In this document: positions 16,484 to 25,764 of the stretch, one piece after another
How the letters are laid out: each line of letters begins with the position of its first letter
Numbering within the stretch: position 1 is the stretch's first letter
Made by a program: the position numbers and the translations under genes
Source of the DNA: a virus
Taxonomy: Duplodnaviria; Caudoviricetes
Strand: one strand, 5' to 3'
IMG/VR virus record: IMGVR_UViG_3300021256_000079
Span: 30,755 to 94,754 of that record
DNA length: 64,000 nt
The notes under the pieces: generated by a model
Database searches by the model: none
What the model saw: only the letters and a program-made list of their open reading frames with translations
Told to the model about the DNA's origin: nothing

Positions 16484-17470
16484 ATGGGAATGCTCAGTAT
16501 TATTAAAACCGTACCTAAAGTTGCGAAAAGGGGACTCGGAAGGGTCCTCTTTTCCATTTCCAAAAACAAACCCCAAATTTTGCTCGGGGGAGGAATTATA
16601 TTAACGGTAGGCGGCTTCGTGTGGGCTGTTGTTAATGCCACTAAACTCAATGAAACCATGAGTGAAGGTGAAAAGGCCGTTAATGATATTCAGGAGAAGA
16701 TCAAGATCGAGGAAGGTAAAGAAGAAGTAGAGACTACTCTTGTCGATCTTAATAAGGAACTTCGCAAAGCTAAAAAAGATAACATTTTGAAGGTTGCATT
16801 CCTTATGGGTGCACCGACTCTAGTGTTTGTTGGTGGCGTTGCTATGACAGTTGGAGGCCACATTATATTACTCAGACGCTTTGGTCAGGTATCAGCATCA
16901 CTTGCAGCTCTTCAGCAAGCGTTTGCAAGATACAGACAAATGAACATTGCTGAACACGGAGAAGAGTGTGATAGAAGATATCGTTATGGTATCTCTAATA
17001 CTATCGAAACGGAATCCGTGATTACGGATGAAAACGGGAATGAAGTGAAAGGTAAAGCTCTAATCCCGGTTACGGACAAGGATCCTGCCAGTATGTTCAC
17101 TTTTATATTCTCTGAGGAGTTCTCAAGGAAGTGCCCTAAGGATCCTGTTGCCACGATTTCATTCCTTAGGTCTCAAGAAAAGTATTGGAACATGTGGATG
17201 CAGGCAACAGGCCGTCCTGTAACACTTAGTATGGTTCTTCAGGATCTTGGGATTGAACTTGATCCAGATGATCCTATGAACGATTATATTTTGGTAGCTG
17301 GTTGGCGTCCTAATGGGGAAGGAGATGGGTATATTGACTTCGGTATCATGAGATCTGTCAATAAGCCGACTCTCGACATGCTTGAAAACAGTGTCATGCT
17401 AAACTTCAACTGTGACGGTAACATTTACCACAGTGTACGGACCACAAAAGACGGAAAGAAGGTATGTTAA
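16484..17470 (+). CDS. DUF6353-like phage protein
   Basis: PQILLGGG..; C-terminal GW..YIDFG..LNFNCDG. Confidence 0.75.
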   Translation: MGMLSIIKTVPKVAKRGLGRVLFSISKNKPQILLGGGIILTVGGFVWAVVNATKLNETMSEGEKAVNDIQEKIKIEEGKEEVETTLVDLNKELRKAKKDNILKVAFLMGAPTLVFVGGVAMTVGGHIILLRRFGQVSASLAALQQAFARYRQMNIAEHGEECDRRYRYGISNTIETESVITDENGNEVKGKALIPVTDKDPASMFTFIFSEEFSRKCPKDPVATISFLRSQEKYWNMWMQATGRPVTLSMVLQDLGIELDPDDPMNDYILVAGWRPNGEGDGYIDFGIMRSVNKPTLDMLENSVMLNFNCDGNIYHSVRTTKDGKKVC

Positions 17471-17591
17471 ATGAACGAGTATGACTCTAAGCCTACGGAC
17501 GATATGATTAATTTTCTTGATATTGATCACGGATCCGATAGAATTATTATTCATTTTAACGTTGACGCGATTAAGAAGGAGGAAACTACAA

Positions 17592-18344
17592 ATGACAACG
17601 ATTAAAATTGGCGGAGTACTTCTTACTGGTTTTGCTGCTTACCTGATTCTTAGTAAGGCAATTGGCACTATTGATAATTCCACAAAGAGGGCTTGTGAAG
17701 CTTCTAAGTGGAAGAATTATTACAAGTGCTGGAGCGAAGGTAATGCAGAAGGCGAACCCATTCCTCCTGGATATTCTAGAAAGTCTGATACATCAACGAC
17801 CGGAGTCAATGAAAATAGCATCGATCAGGATCCTAATGAGGCCGCCGCTAAGGCCGCTGTAGACCTCATTAAGGAAGGTTTGTCAAAGCTGAAGGTTACC
17901 ATTACAAAGCATGCAGAGAAGCAGGAAAAGGTCTCTGAAGGGCAAGAAAAGGCATCTGCAGTTGATATTGTTGAATCACTGAAAGATTTTGACACAAAAG
18001 CCTATCAGCTGCCTGACGATGCTCCTCCTGTTGATATTGATCACGGGTTTGACAGAAAGGCCGAGATCTGTAGAATCAGTAATCTTATCATTAGTATGAC
18101 GAAAAGAAATGCTGATGAGGATGAACTTGAAAGGGCTATTATTCACTCGATGGTAATCATCGACGCTGAAAAGTATCATCTTGATTACATGCAATCCTAT
18201 ATTGATAATCGTATTGATCAGCTCATCGAGAAGTATCAGCCTGAGGTTAATGATATTGCTAACGACGTGATCGATTACATGGAAAAGAAATACGAGGTTG
18301 TAAATAAAGTAGAAGAGGAGAACAAAGATGAAACCGTGGATTAA
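17592..18344 (+). CDS. Membrane-anchored protein carrying a copy of the RNAP post-catalytic domain
   Basis: YQLPDDAP..HGF..SNLI..M...AD..E..RA..HSMV.IDAEK.HLD matches RNAP 29713-29979. Confidence 0.8.
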   Translation: MTTIKIGGVLLTGFAAYLILSKAIGTIDNSTKRACEASKWKNYYKCWSEGNAEGEPIPPGYSRKSDTSTTGVNENSIDQDPNEAAAKAAVDLIKEGLSKLKVTITKHAEKQEKVSEGQEKASAVDIVESLKDFDTKAYQLPDDAPPVDIDHGFDRKAEICRISNLIISMTKRNADEDELERAIIHSMVIIDAEKYHLDYMQSYIDNRIDQLIEKYQPEVNDIANDVIDYMEKKYEVVNKVEEENKDETVD

Positions 18345-19047
18345 GATTCTTATTGGTGTGGTTTCAGGATTTGCCGGTGGCTTTGCTGCCGGCTTCCTTT
18401 TTTGCAAAAAGATGAATGATATTCAGTTTGTTGAGATCGACGAAGAAGAAATGGCTCAAATCGAAGAAGATCTCAAGAAGACAGACAAAACAGACAAACA
18501 AGAAGCAATCAAGAAGGCTGTTGAAGAGACTGATCCTCAGAACGAAGACGAACTGAGGAATGCTCTTCAGGGTAAGGTCAGTTATATTCGTGCGGACCAG
18601 GAAGCAAAACAAAAGTTCGCATCGACATGGAATACGATCAAAGATTATTCCAGTGAGGAAAATGCTGACTCTATGCCAATTGATATTGAGGAAGGCTTTG
18701 ATGAAGAATTCCTTGAAACGATTGAGGAGGAAACGGTCGAGCCAGGACAGGTCGATCCTCCTCACATAATTTCGCTTAGTGAGTTCTACAACGAACGGCC
18801 AGAGTATGATAAAATCACTATTGAATGGTATGAAGAGGACGATACTTATGTAGACGAAAACGAAGAAATCATCGATGATATTTCTTCTTACATAGGTATG
18901 AACCGCGACAAACTGTTCAAAGAAAATGGACCGGACGATGATCCTGATATTCGGTTTGTAAGAAACGAACAATACGGCAGTGACTACGAAATTGTCCGTC
19001 ATCATATGAGCTATAAGGAGGCAACCGGTCTTGAGGAAGGAGAGTAA
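18328..19047 (+). CDS. Membrane-anchored acidic phage protein
   Basis: N-terminal TM; C-terminal FVRNE..DYEI. Confidence 0.75.
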   Translation: MKPWIKILIGVVSGFAGGFAAGFLFCKKMNDIQFVEIDEEEMAQIEEDLKKTDKTDKQEAIKKAVEETDPQNEDELRNALQGKVSYIRADQEAKQKFASTWNTIKDYSSEENADSMPIDIEEGFDEEFLETIEEETVEPGQVDPPHIISLSEFYNERPEYDKITIEWYEEDDTYVDENEEIIDDISSYIGMNRDKLFKENGPDDDPDIRFVRNEQYGSDYEIVRHHMSYKEATGLEEGE

Positions 19048-19053
19048 CAATGA

Positions 19054-19590
19054 ATGCGCAGCAGCGATCCATATTTTGAATGGCTGTGCGTAACGATTAA
19101 CAACCGCAATTATATTGAGCTGGCCCGGGCTCTGCACTCGATGGAGTTTCGGGCCAAGCTCCCTTCAGATCGCAATCGCGGTATGGATGGGATGCATCTT
19201 CGTGTTGATTTTATGGAAAGACACGGAGCTTTTGGATCCTCTACCAACAGAGGCAGTTGCACAATGTTGGAGTTTTTAATCGGTATTGCAAAGCATATGA
19301 GTTTTCTTATGTATGGAAACTCAAGTGACCATCGCACGGCTTATTATTTTTGGGTTTTGATAAGGAATTTGGGACTAGATAAGTGCACTGATGCAAATTG
19401 GTATACTATTAATGGCGATTTTTATGTCGAAGATGCTGTTCATAGGGTTCTTGATAGGCAGTATGACTATAATGGAAAAGGTGGACTCTTTCCATTGAGA
19501 CATCCTATGCAGGATCAAAGAGAAGTTGAGATCTGGTATCAAATGCATTCTTGGCTTGGGGAGAATAGCGATCTGGATCTAGACATGTAA
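19054..19590 (+). CDS. Conserved phage protein
   Basis: DRNRGMDG..LR; GGLFPL..DQREVEIWYQM. Confidence 0.75.
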   Translation: MRSSDPYFEWLCVTINNRNYIELARALHSMEFRAKLPSDRNRGMDGMHLRVDFMERHGAFGSSTNRGSCTMLEFLIGIAKHMSFLMYGNSSDHRTAYYFWVLIRNLGLDKCTDANWYTINGDFYVEDAVHRVLDRQYDYNGKGGLFPLRHPMQDQREVEIWYQMHSWLGENSDLDLDM

Positions 19591-19617
19591 TTATATTTTT
19601 CGAAAGGATGATGGACC

Positions 19618-19884
19618 ATGTATGACTCGCCCGTAAACAGTATTGAAACAATTTATAATGAGATCAAACAGAAGGCTGACAGCGATCTTAAAGACGCCAT
19701 GTTTACTGTTCTTGGCAAACGAAGCATTGATATTGATGAAGAGAAACTCGTCCAGGCAATCACAGCAGATAGAAAAAGGTATGAAGAAGCTTACAGACGT
19801 GGCTATGAAGCTGGACGGAGAGATGAATACAACAAATTTGCTACGATTTGCTCTAGGGCTATGGATGATATGTGTGGGTTTTAA
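19618..19884 (+). CDS. Hypothetical protein
   Basis: RBS; YEEAYRRGYEAG motif. Confidence 0.7.
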   Translation: MYDSPVNSIETIYNEIKQKADSDLKDAMFTVLGKRSIDIDEEKLVQAITADRKRYEEAYRRGYEAGRRDEYNKFATICSRAMDDMCGF

Positions 19885-19885
19885 T

Positions 19886-19972
19886 AGAGTTCTGGAAGAG
19901 TTCTGGAAGAGTACTTGAATGGTTCTGGAAGAGTTCTGGAAGAGTTCTGGAAGAGTTCTGGAAGAGTACGGA
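19886..19972. repeat. 11-bp tandem repeat (AGAGTTCTGGA), ~7.5 copies
   Basis: Read directly; two variant internal units. Confidence 0.9.
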
Positions 19973-20012
19973 CGTGGATTTATATTTTTCGAAAATGAAA
20001 GGAATAACAATT

Positions 20013-20192
20013 ATGGAAAATTCAGAAGCAAAACGAACAGTAAATGCTGTTAAGACTATTGATGAATTTATTCAAAATCACCTGTATGAACTTCATCCAA
20101 AAACCGTAGACAGATGGTTTGATGTGAAGATGGAAATAAGTAAAGTTATCGAAAAATCTACTGGAAAAAGCGTTTATGGCCAATGGGATTAA
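20013..20192 (+). CDS. Small hypothetical protein
   Basis: ATG after AAGGAA; upstream extension in the ORF track is the repeat. Confidence 0.6.
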   Translation: MENSEAKRTVNAVKTIDEFIQNHLYELHPKTVDRWFDVKMEISKVIEKSTGKSVYGQWD

Positions 20193-20197
20193 AACAA

Positions 20198-20480
20198 AAA
20201 ATCCCGTCGTTTTTGCCCGTCGTTTTTGAAAATTTTTCAGCATCATATTTTTGTTGTGTGAAAAATCGTCAAAAAATGGCAAAAAATGGCAAATCCCGTC
20301 AAAAAAGTGACGGGCAGCTTCAAAAGTGACGGGCAGTCAAACCCTTGGCCCCCAACGGTTTGCGGGAAAATCCCGTCGTTTTTGAAATTTTTATTAAGTT
20401 AATCTCCAGAAAAAAATTATTTATAGAATTAATATGGACTTTTTTCAAAAATGACGGGCAACGATATTTTTTACAAAAAA
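20198..20480. other. Putative replication origin
   Basis: Direct and inverted CCCGTC/TGACGGG repeats with A/T tracts in non-coding DNA immediately upstream of the replicase. Confidence 0.65.
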
Positions 20481-20512
20481 TTAGTACAAAAGAAAGGAGG
20501 ATTGAGACATGA

Positions 20513-23500
20513 ATGCAGTGTGACTTTTTTAGAGTAACAACAGCATATGTTAAGAATGGAGTTGAGTCAGTTATTCCTGAATTCCTTGTTAAAACTAAGA
20601 TCAACGATCTTATGATTCGAGGTGGAAAATTCTATGCCATTCTTAATAAAAGAACAAACATGTGGGAAACGAATGAAGGAGTTGTTCAAAAGTTTGTTGA
20701 TGAAGAGATTGAAGCTCTTTATCAGAAACTAACAGCTAATCCCGGTCAAAAGTTTTATATTCGTAAAGACATGGAGAGTTTCGGAAGTGGAAGTTGGAGT
20801 ACTTATAAGAATTATGCTGCCAGTCTTCCTGACAATTGGCATCAGCTCGATAATAAGATCTGTTTTAGCGACACTCAGGTCACTCCTAAAGATTATATTT
20901 CTAAGAGACTTCCTTATGCTCTCGGTGATAGCGGATACGAAAGTTGGGATGAACTTGTTGGTACTTTATATTCTCCAGAAGAAAGAGAAAAGATAGAATG
21001 GGCCATTGGATCCATTGTCTCTGGAGATAGTAAAGATATTCAAAAATTTATAGTTCTCTATGGTGATCCTGGTGCCGGTAAAGGAACGATTATTGAAATT
21101 ATTAAAAAGTTGTTTCCTGGATATTATGAGGTGTTCGATGCAAAGAGTCTTAGCAGCAATAGCAATGCATTCGCATTCGAGCAATTTCGTACGAACCCTT
21201 TGATCGCCTTGCAGAGTGATGGCGATTTAAGTCGAATCGAGGACAACACAAAAATTAATAGTCTGGTTAGCCATGAAACTATAGTGATGAATGAAAAAAG
21301 GAAGCAGAGTTATAATTTCACACCTAGATGTTTTCTATTCATGGCCTCAAATAAACCTGTAAAGATTACTGATGCCAAAAGTGGAATCATTCGAAGACTT
21401 ATTGATGTTCATCCTACTGGCAACACACTTCCTAAAGCTAAGTATGATAGCTTAATGGGTAAAGTCCAATTTGAACTTGGTGGAATTGCAAAACACTGCC
21501 TTGATGTTTATCAAAAGCTTGGAAAAAACTATTACAACGGCTATCGGCCATTAAGTATGATGTTCCAGACAGATGCGTTCTTTAACTTCATGAAAGATCG
21601 TTATGACTTTTTTAAGATTGAACATGCTGACGGAATTTGTTTGTCTGAAGCTTACATCGAATGGCAAAATTATTGCAACGAAACTGGCCTTGATATTCGT
21701 CTTCCTAGATACAAATTTAGAGAAGAATTGAAAAACTATTTTGAGCACTTTGATGATCGCGTGTCAGTGAACAATGAAGATCATAGAAGTTGGTTTAGCG
21801 GTTTTAAGGTCGATCGGTTTCTCGGAAGTAGAGGTGGACGAAAAGATATTCCTGTAAAGGGTAAAACTCTTGGTCTAGTCCTCGATCAAAAGGTTTCACT
21901 TCTCGATGAGATGTTGAAAGACTGTCAAGCACAGTATGGAGAAGAAAAACCTGAGGGCGGAAGTAAGCCAAGAATCTCTTGGGATGAATGTCAGACAACT
22001 CTTAAGAATATTGATACTTCTAAACTTCACTTTGTTCGTCTTCCTAAAGATCATATTGTTATTGACTTTGATCTTAAGAATGAAAAAGGTGAAAAAGACG
22101 CTTTACTTAATCTCGAAGCTGCCGATAAGTGGCCAAAAACCTATGCTGAATACAGCCAAGGTGGAAAAGGCGTGCACTTGCATTATATTTATGCTGGTGA
22201 TCCTGAAGAACTCAAGGCTCTTTATGCAGATGGCATTGAGATTAAAATCTCAAAAGGTAAAAGTAGTCTTAGAAGAAGGCTCAGTCTGTGTAATAACATC
22301 CCAGTTGCAACTATTAGTTCTGGTCTTCCTAAGAAAGAGGTGGTTGACAATTTGCTTGACTTCGAAGCTGTTAAGGACGAACAGCATTTGAGAAACATTG
22401 TCAGTAAATGTCTTCGAAAAGATATTCAGCAGCCTTACACAACAACGGCTATGAATCTTATTAAGAAGACTCTTGAAGACGCATATAACAGCGGTCTCAA
22501 GTATGATATTACTGACATGCGTCCTGCCATTAAAGGTTTCGCTTGTAAGAGCACTCATCAGAAAGAAACCTGTATGAAAATTGCCGAAGAATTGCATTAT
22601 AAAGGAAAAGTCTTTGAAACCCTCATGGAAGGCTCTATAATGGCCTCTAAGCCGCCTGAAGAGGTAGAGACGACTAAATCTACGCCCCCTGAGAAAAATC
22701 GCTCAGAGGGCCTTTTAAATGCAAAAGAAGTGCATCCTGACATCATTTATATTCCAAATGAACCTTCTAGCGAAGAACTTCCTGTATTCTTTGATATTGA
22801 AGTCTTTCCTAACCTGCTTCTTGTGAACTGGAAAGAGGCTGGCGAAGGTAAAGGCGTTGTGAGAATGATAAATCCCACAATGCAGGAAGTTAGAGCTTTG
22901 TTTAAGAAGAAGCTTATAGGCTTTAACTGTAGAAGGTATGACAACCATGTACTTTATGCAAGAGCCATTGGCTATGATATTCCGTCTCTCTATAAGCTTA
23001 GTCAGAAAATCATCGCTGGAAGTAAGAATGCCATGATGGGTCAGGCCTATGATATTTCCTATACCGATGTCTATGACTTTGCAGCTAAGAAGCAAAGTCT
23101 TAAGAAGTGGGAAATTGAACTAGGCATTCACCATCAGGAACTTGGACTTCCTTGGGATCAGCCAGTTCCAGAAGAAAGATGGCCAGAAGTTGCTGCATAT
23201 TGCGACAATGACGTTATTGCAACTGAAGCTGTATTCAATCATTTGGCTGGTGACTTTAAAGCAAGAGAGATTCTGGCAGACATTGCTGGCATGACAGTCA
23301 ATGACACAACCAATAGCCTTACAACCAAAATTATATTTGGCGATGATCCCGCTCCTCAAAGACAGTTTGTCTATCCTGATCTTAAGAAAAAATTCCCAGG
23401 TTATATATTTGAGAATGGAAAGAGCTATCTTAATGGAGTTGAGATTGGCGAAGGTGGAAGAGTATATGCCGTTCCTGGAATTCATCATCATGTAACAACT

Positions 23501-24928
23501 TATGACGTTGCCAGTATGCATCCTTCTTCTATTATTGCCGAAAATGGCTTTGGCAAGTATACAGAACGCTTCAAACAGCTACTTGATATTCGTATTGCTA
23601 TTAAGCATAAGGACTTCGAGAAAGCCAAAACAATGCTGGATGGTAAACTTGCCAAATACTTAACCGATAAGAATCAAGCAAAGGCTCTTAGCCAGGCACT
23701 TAAGATTGCTATCAATAGTGTTTATGGTTTAACTGCTGCTGGATTCGATAACAAATTTAGAGATCCTCGCAATGTGGATAATTGGGTTGCTAAGAGAGGC
23801 GCTCTCTTTATTGAGACACTTAGGGTTAATGTAATTAAGCTTGGAGGCAAAGTTGTTCACATTAAGACAGACTCTATCAAGGTTGAAGATCCAACTCCTG
23901 AGATCACGAATTATATTCTGGACTTCGGTAAACAGTGGGGTTACACATTTGAAGTTGAGGACATCTACGAAAAGATGTGTCTCGTGAATGATGCTGTTTA
24001 TGTTGCTCTTAGAGATAGGGAAGATCCGAGTTGGAAAGATGAATGCGAAAAGGCCAAAAAGAAAGCCGAAGAAACTAATTCAGTTTATCAAGAACCTACA
24101 AGGTGGACAGCCACTGGTGCTCAGTTCCAACATCCTTATGTCTTTAAGCATCTCTTTAGCGGTGAGGAAGTCACTTTCAGAGATCTGTGTGAAACCAAGA
24201 CCGTTACAAGCGCTTTATATTTGGACATGAACGAAAATCTTAGTGATGTAACAGAGTATGAGAAGAATCTAGACAAACTTGTAAAGAGAGCAAAGACACT
24301 TCTTAAAACCGAAGGATATTTTGGTTCATGGGAAGAATGGCCTGAGTGGAGAAAACAGAATCCTGATGCTCAAGATTCGCATGGCGGGGTTATTTATGGT
24401 GAACTTGACGATCTTGTTAAAGATCAAGAAGTTCTCAAAGAGCTTATTGCAAAAGGACACAATTATATTTTCGTTGGTAAAGCTGGATGCTTCTGTCCTG
24501 TACTTAAAGGAACAGGTGGTGGCATCCTTGTAAGAGAAAAAGATGGTAAATTCAATGCTGCAACTGGTAGTAAAGGATTCAGATGGCGTGAAAGTGAAAG
24601 TATTTCTGGTGCTGACAGAATGAACATAATCGACATGGGCTACTTTGAGAATCTTGCTCGGGTTGCAAAAGAGGCTATTGAGACATATGGGGACTTTGAT
24701 GCATTCGTAACAGAATCATCTGAAGTCCCCAATTATATTTCAATAGACGAAGAAGCAGAGAAAGCCGCTAAGAAGTATGGAGAACCCGGTGTTCCTTCAT
24801 GGCTGCCACCTTGTGGTGATGGCAAGTATGCTAATTGCTATGATTGTCCTCACTTTGATATTGAGAAAATTCCCCCTGAATGTAGAAAAGGTTATGACCT
24901 GACAGAACACTTCACAATTAATGTTTGA
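20513..24928 (+). CDS. Fused SF3 helicase / primase (prim-pol) / family B-like DNA polymerase
   Basis: Walker A GDPGAGKGT; VIDFD and HLHY primase motifs; exonuclease FDIEVF; polymerase DVASMHPS, KIAINSVYG, KTDS. Confidence 0.88.
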   Translation: MQCDFFRVTTAYVKNGVESVIPEFLVKTKINDLMIRGGKFYAILNKRTNMWETNEGVVQKFVDEEIEALYQKLTANPGQKFYIRKDMESFGSGSWSTYKNYAASLPDNWHQLDNKICFSDTQVTPKDYISKRLPYALGDSGYESWDELVGTLYSPEEREKIEWAIGSIVSGDSKDIQKFIVLYGDPGAGKGTIIEIIKKLFPGYYEVFDAKSLSSNSNAFAFEQFRTNPLIALQSDGDLSRIEDNTKINSLVSHETIVMNEKRKQSYNFTPRCFLFMASNKPVKITDAKSGIIRRLIDVHPTGNTLPKAKYDSLMGKVQFELGGIAKHCLDVYQKLGKNYYNGYRPLSMMFQTDAFFNFMKDRYDFFKIEHADGICLSEAYIEWQNYCNETGLDIRLPRYKFREELKNYFEHFDDRVSVNNEDHRSWFSGFKVDRFLGSRGGRKDIPVKGKTLGLVLDQKVSLLDEMLKDCQAQYGEEKPEGGSKPRISWDECQTTLKNIDTSKLHFVRLPKDHIVIDFDLKNEKGEKDALLNLEAADKWPKTYAEYSQGGKGVHLHYIYAGDPEELKALYADGIEIKISKGKSSLRRRLSLCNNIPVATISSGLPKKEVVDNLLDFEAVKDEQHLRNIVSKCLRKDIQQPYTTTAMNLIKKTLEDAYNSGLKYDITDMRPAIKGFACKSTHQKETCMKIAEELHYKGKVFETLMEGSIMASKPPEEVETTKSTPPEKNRSEGLLNAKEVHPDIIYIPNEPSSEELPVFFDIEVFPNLLLVNWKEAGEGKGVVRMINPTMQEVRALFKKKLIGFNCRRYDNHVLYARAIGYDIPSLYKLSQKIIAGSKNAMMGQAYDISYTDVYDFAAKKQSLKKWEIELGIHHQELGLPWDQPVPEERWPEVAAYCDNDVIATEAVFNHLAGDFKAREILADIAGMTVNDTTNSLTTKIIFGDDPAPQRQFVYPDLKKKFPGYIFENGKSYLNGVEIGEGGRVYAVPGIHHHVTTYDVASMHPSSIIAENGFGKYTERFKQLLDIRIAIKHKDFEKAKTMLDGKLAKYLTDKNQAKALSQALKIAINSVYGLTAAGFDNKFRDPRNVDNWVAKRGALFIETLRVNVIKLGGKVVHIKTDSIKVEDPTPEITNYILDFGKQWGYTFEVEDIYEKMCLVNDAVYVALRDREDPSWKDECEKAKKKAEETNSVYQEPTRWTATGAQFQHPYVFKHLFSGEEVTFRDLCETKTVTSALYLDMNENLSDVTEYEKNLDKLVKRAKTLLKTEGYFGSWEEWPEWRKQNPDAQDSHGGVIYGELDDLVKDQEVLKELIAKGHNYIFVGKAGCFCPVLKGTGGGILVREKDGKFNAATGSKGFRWRESESISGADRMNIIDMGYFENLARVAKEAIETYGDFDAFVTESSEVPNYISIDEEAEKAAKKYGEPGVPSWLPPCGDGKYANCYDCPHFDIEKIPPECRKGYDLTEHFTINV

Positions 24929-24950
24929 TATTTGAAAGGAGCTATTAATT

Positions 24951-25505
24951 ATGGCTAATTTTGCTAACAATTCTAACAACACCGCTCGTAAGTTCATCGA
25001 ACCCCTTGTAATTAAGGATGCACACATTGTTATGAAGACTCGTAACTTTAGTGGTAACAACCCTGGTAAGTTTGATCGTCCTGGTGCTCGCAATTTCTCA
25101 ATTTTTCTTGATCCTGAGAAGGTTGATATTTCCAAGCTTCAGGAAATCGGATGGAACATTAAAGTTGGAAAGCCCAACCCTGAAGATCCGGATGATATTC
25201 CTAGTTGCTTCCTTCGTATTCATGCTAATTGGTTCCCGCTTGAAGATAGTCGGAGTGGCATGAACCCGATGATCATTAAGATTGTTGATGGTGAAAAGAT
25301 TCGCCTTGATGAAGAAACGGTTAAGCAGCTTGACACTGATGAAATTCTTAAGTGCAATATTACTGTTACCGGTCGCTGGATGGAAAGTCCTACCTATACC
25401 GGTGTCGTTGCATATTTGAAGAAGTTGGTTGTTGAAGTTAGCAGTGACGATGACATGGCTGACATGTTCGACGGAATGGATGTAAACGATCAGGCTCCGT
25501 TTTAA
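24951..25505 (+). CDS. Single-stranded DNA-binding protein
   Basis: RNFSG..RNF motif, acidic tail ending PF, position after the replicase. Confidence 0.7.
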   Translation: MANFANNSNNTARKFIEPLVIKDAHIVMKTRNFSGNNPGKFDRPGARNFSIFLDPEKVDISKLQEIGWNIKVGKPNPEDPDDIPSCFLRIHANWFPLEDSRSGMNPMIIKIVDGEKIRLDEETVKQLDTDEILKCNITVTGRWMESPTYTGVVAYLKKLVVEVSSDDDMADMFDGMDVNDQAPF

Positions 25506-25523
25506 TGAAAGGATGATATTTTA

Positions 25524-25754
25524 ATGAACTATAGAGACATGGCTGTTGCAGTTTGTAAAATTGCTGGTCAGGATCTTATAGACAGAGCGGAAGATTTGAT
25601 ACCAAAAGTCGAAGGCGTTAAAAACATTGATATTTGGATTAGAATTCCGTCTTTAACCGATGATCCTCTTTGTGTTCCAGAGATTGAGGTTAGCACTAAT
25701 TTATATCCTAGAAAAGCAATCATTTCTAAGATTGCTAATCTTTCTGAAAATTAA
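25524..25754 (+). CDS. Hypothetical protein
   Basis: ORF with RBS. Confidence 0.7.
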   Translation: MNYRDMAVAVCKIAGQDLIDRAEDLIPKVEGVKNIDIWIRIPSLTDDPLCVPEIEVSTNLYPRKAIISKIANLSEN

Positions 25755-25764
25755 GTGATGACTT

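Noticed and set aside
19872-20012. N-terminal repeat peptide (EFWKSSGRVLE) of ORF 19872-20192
   Set aside because: It is a translation of the 11-bp DNA repeat; the RBS-supported start is 20013.
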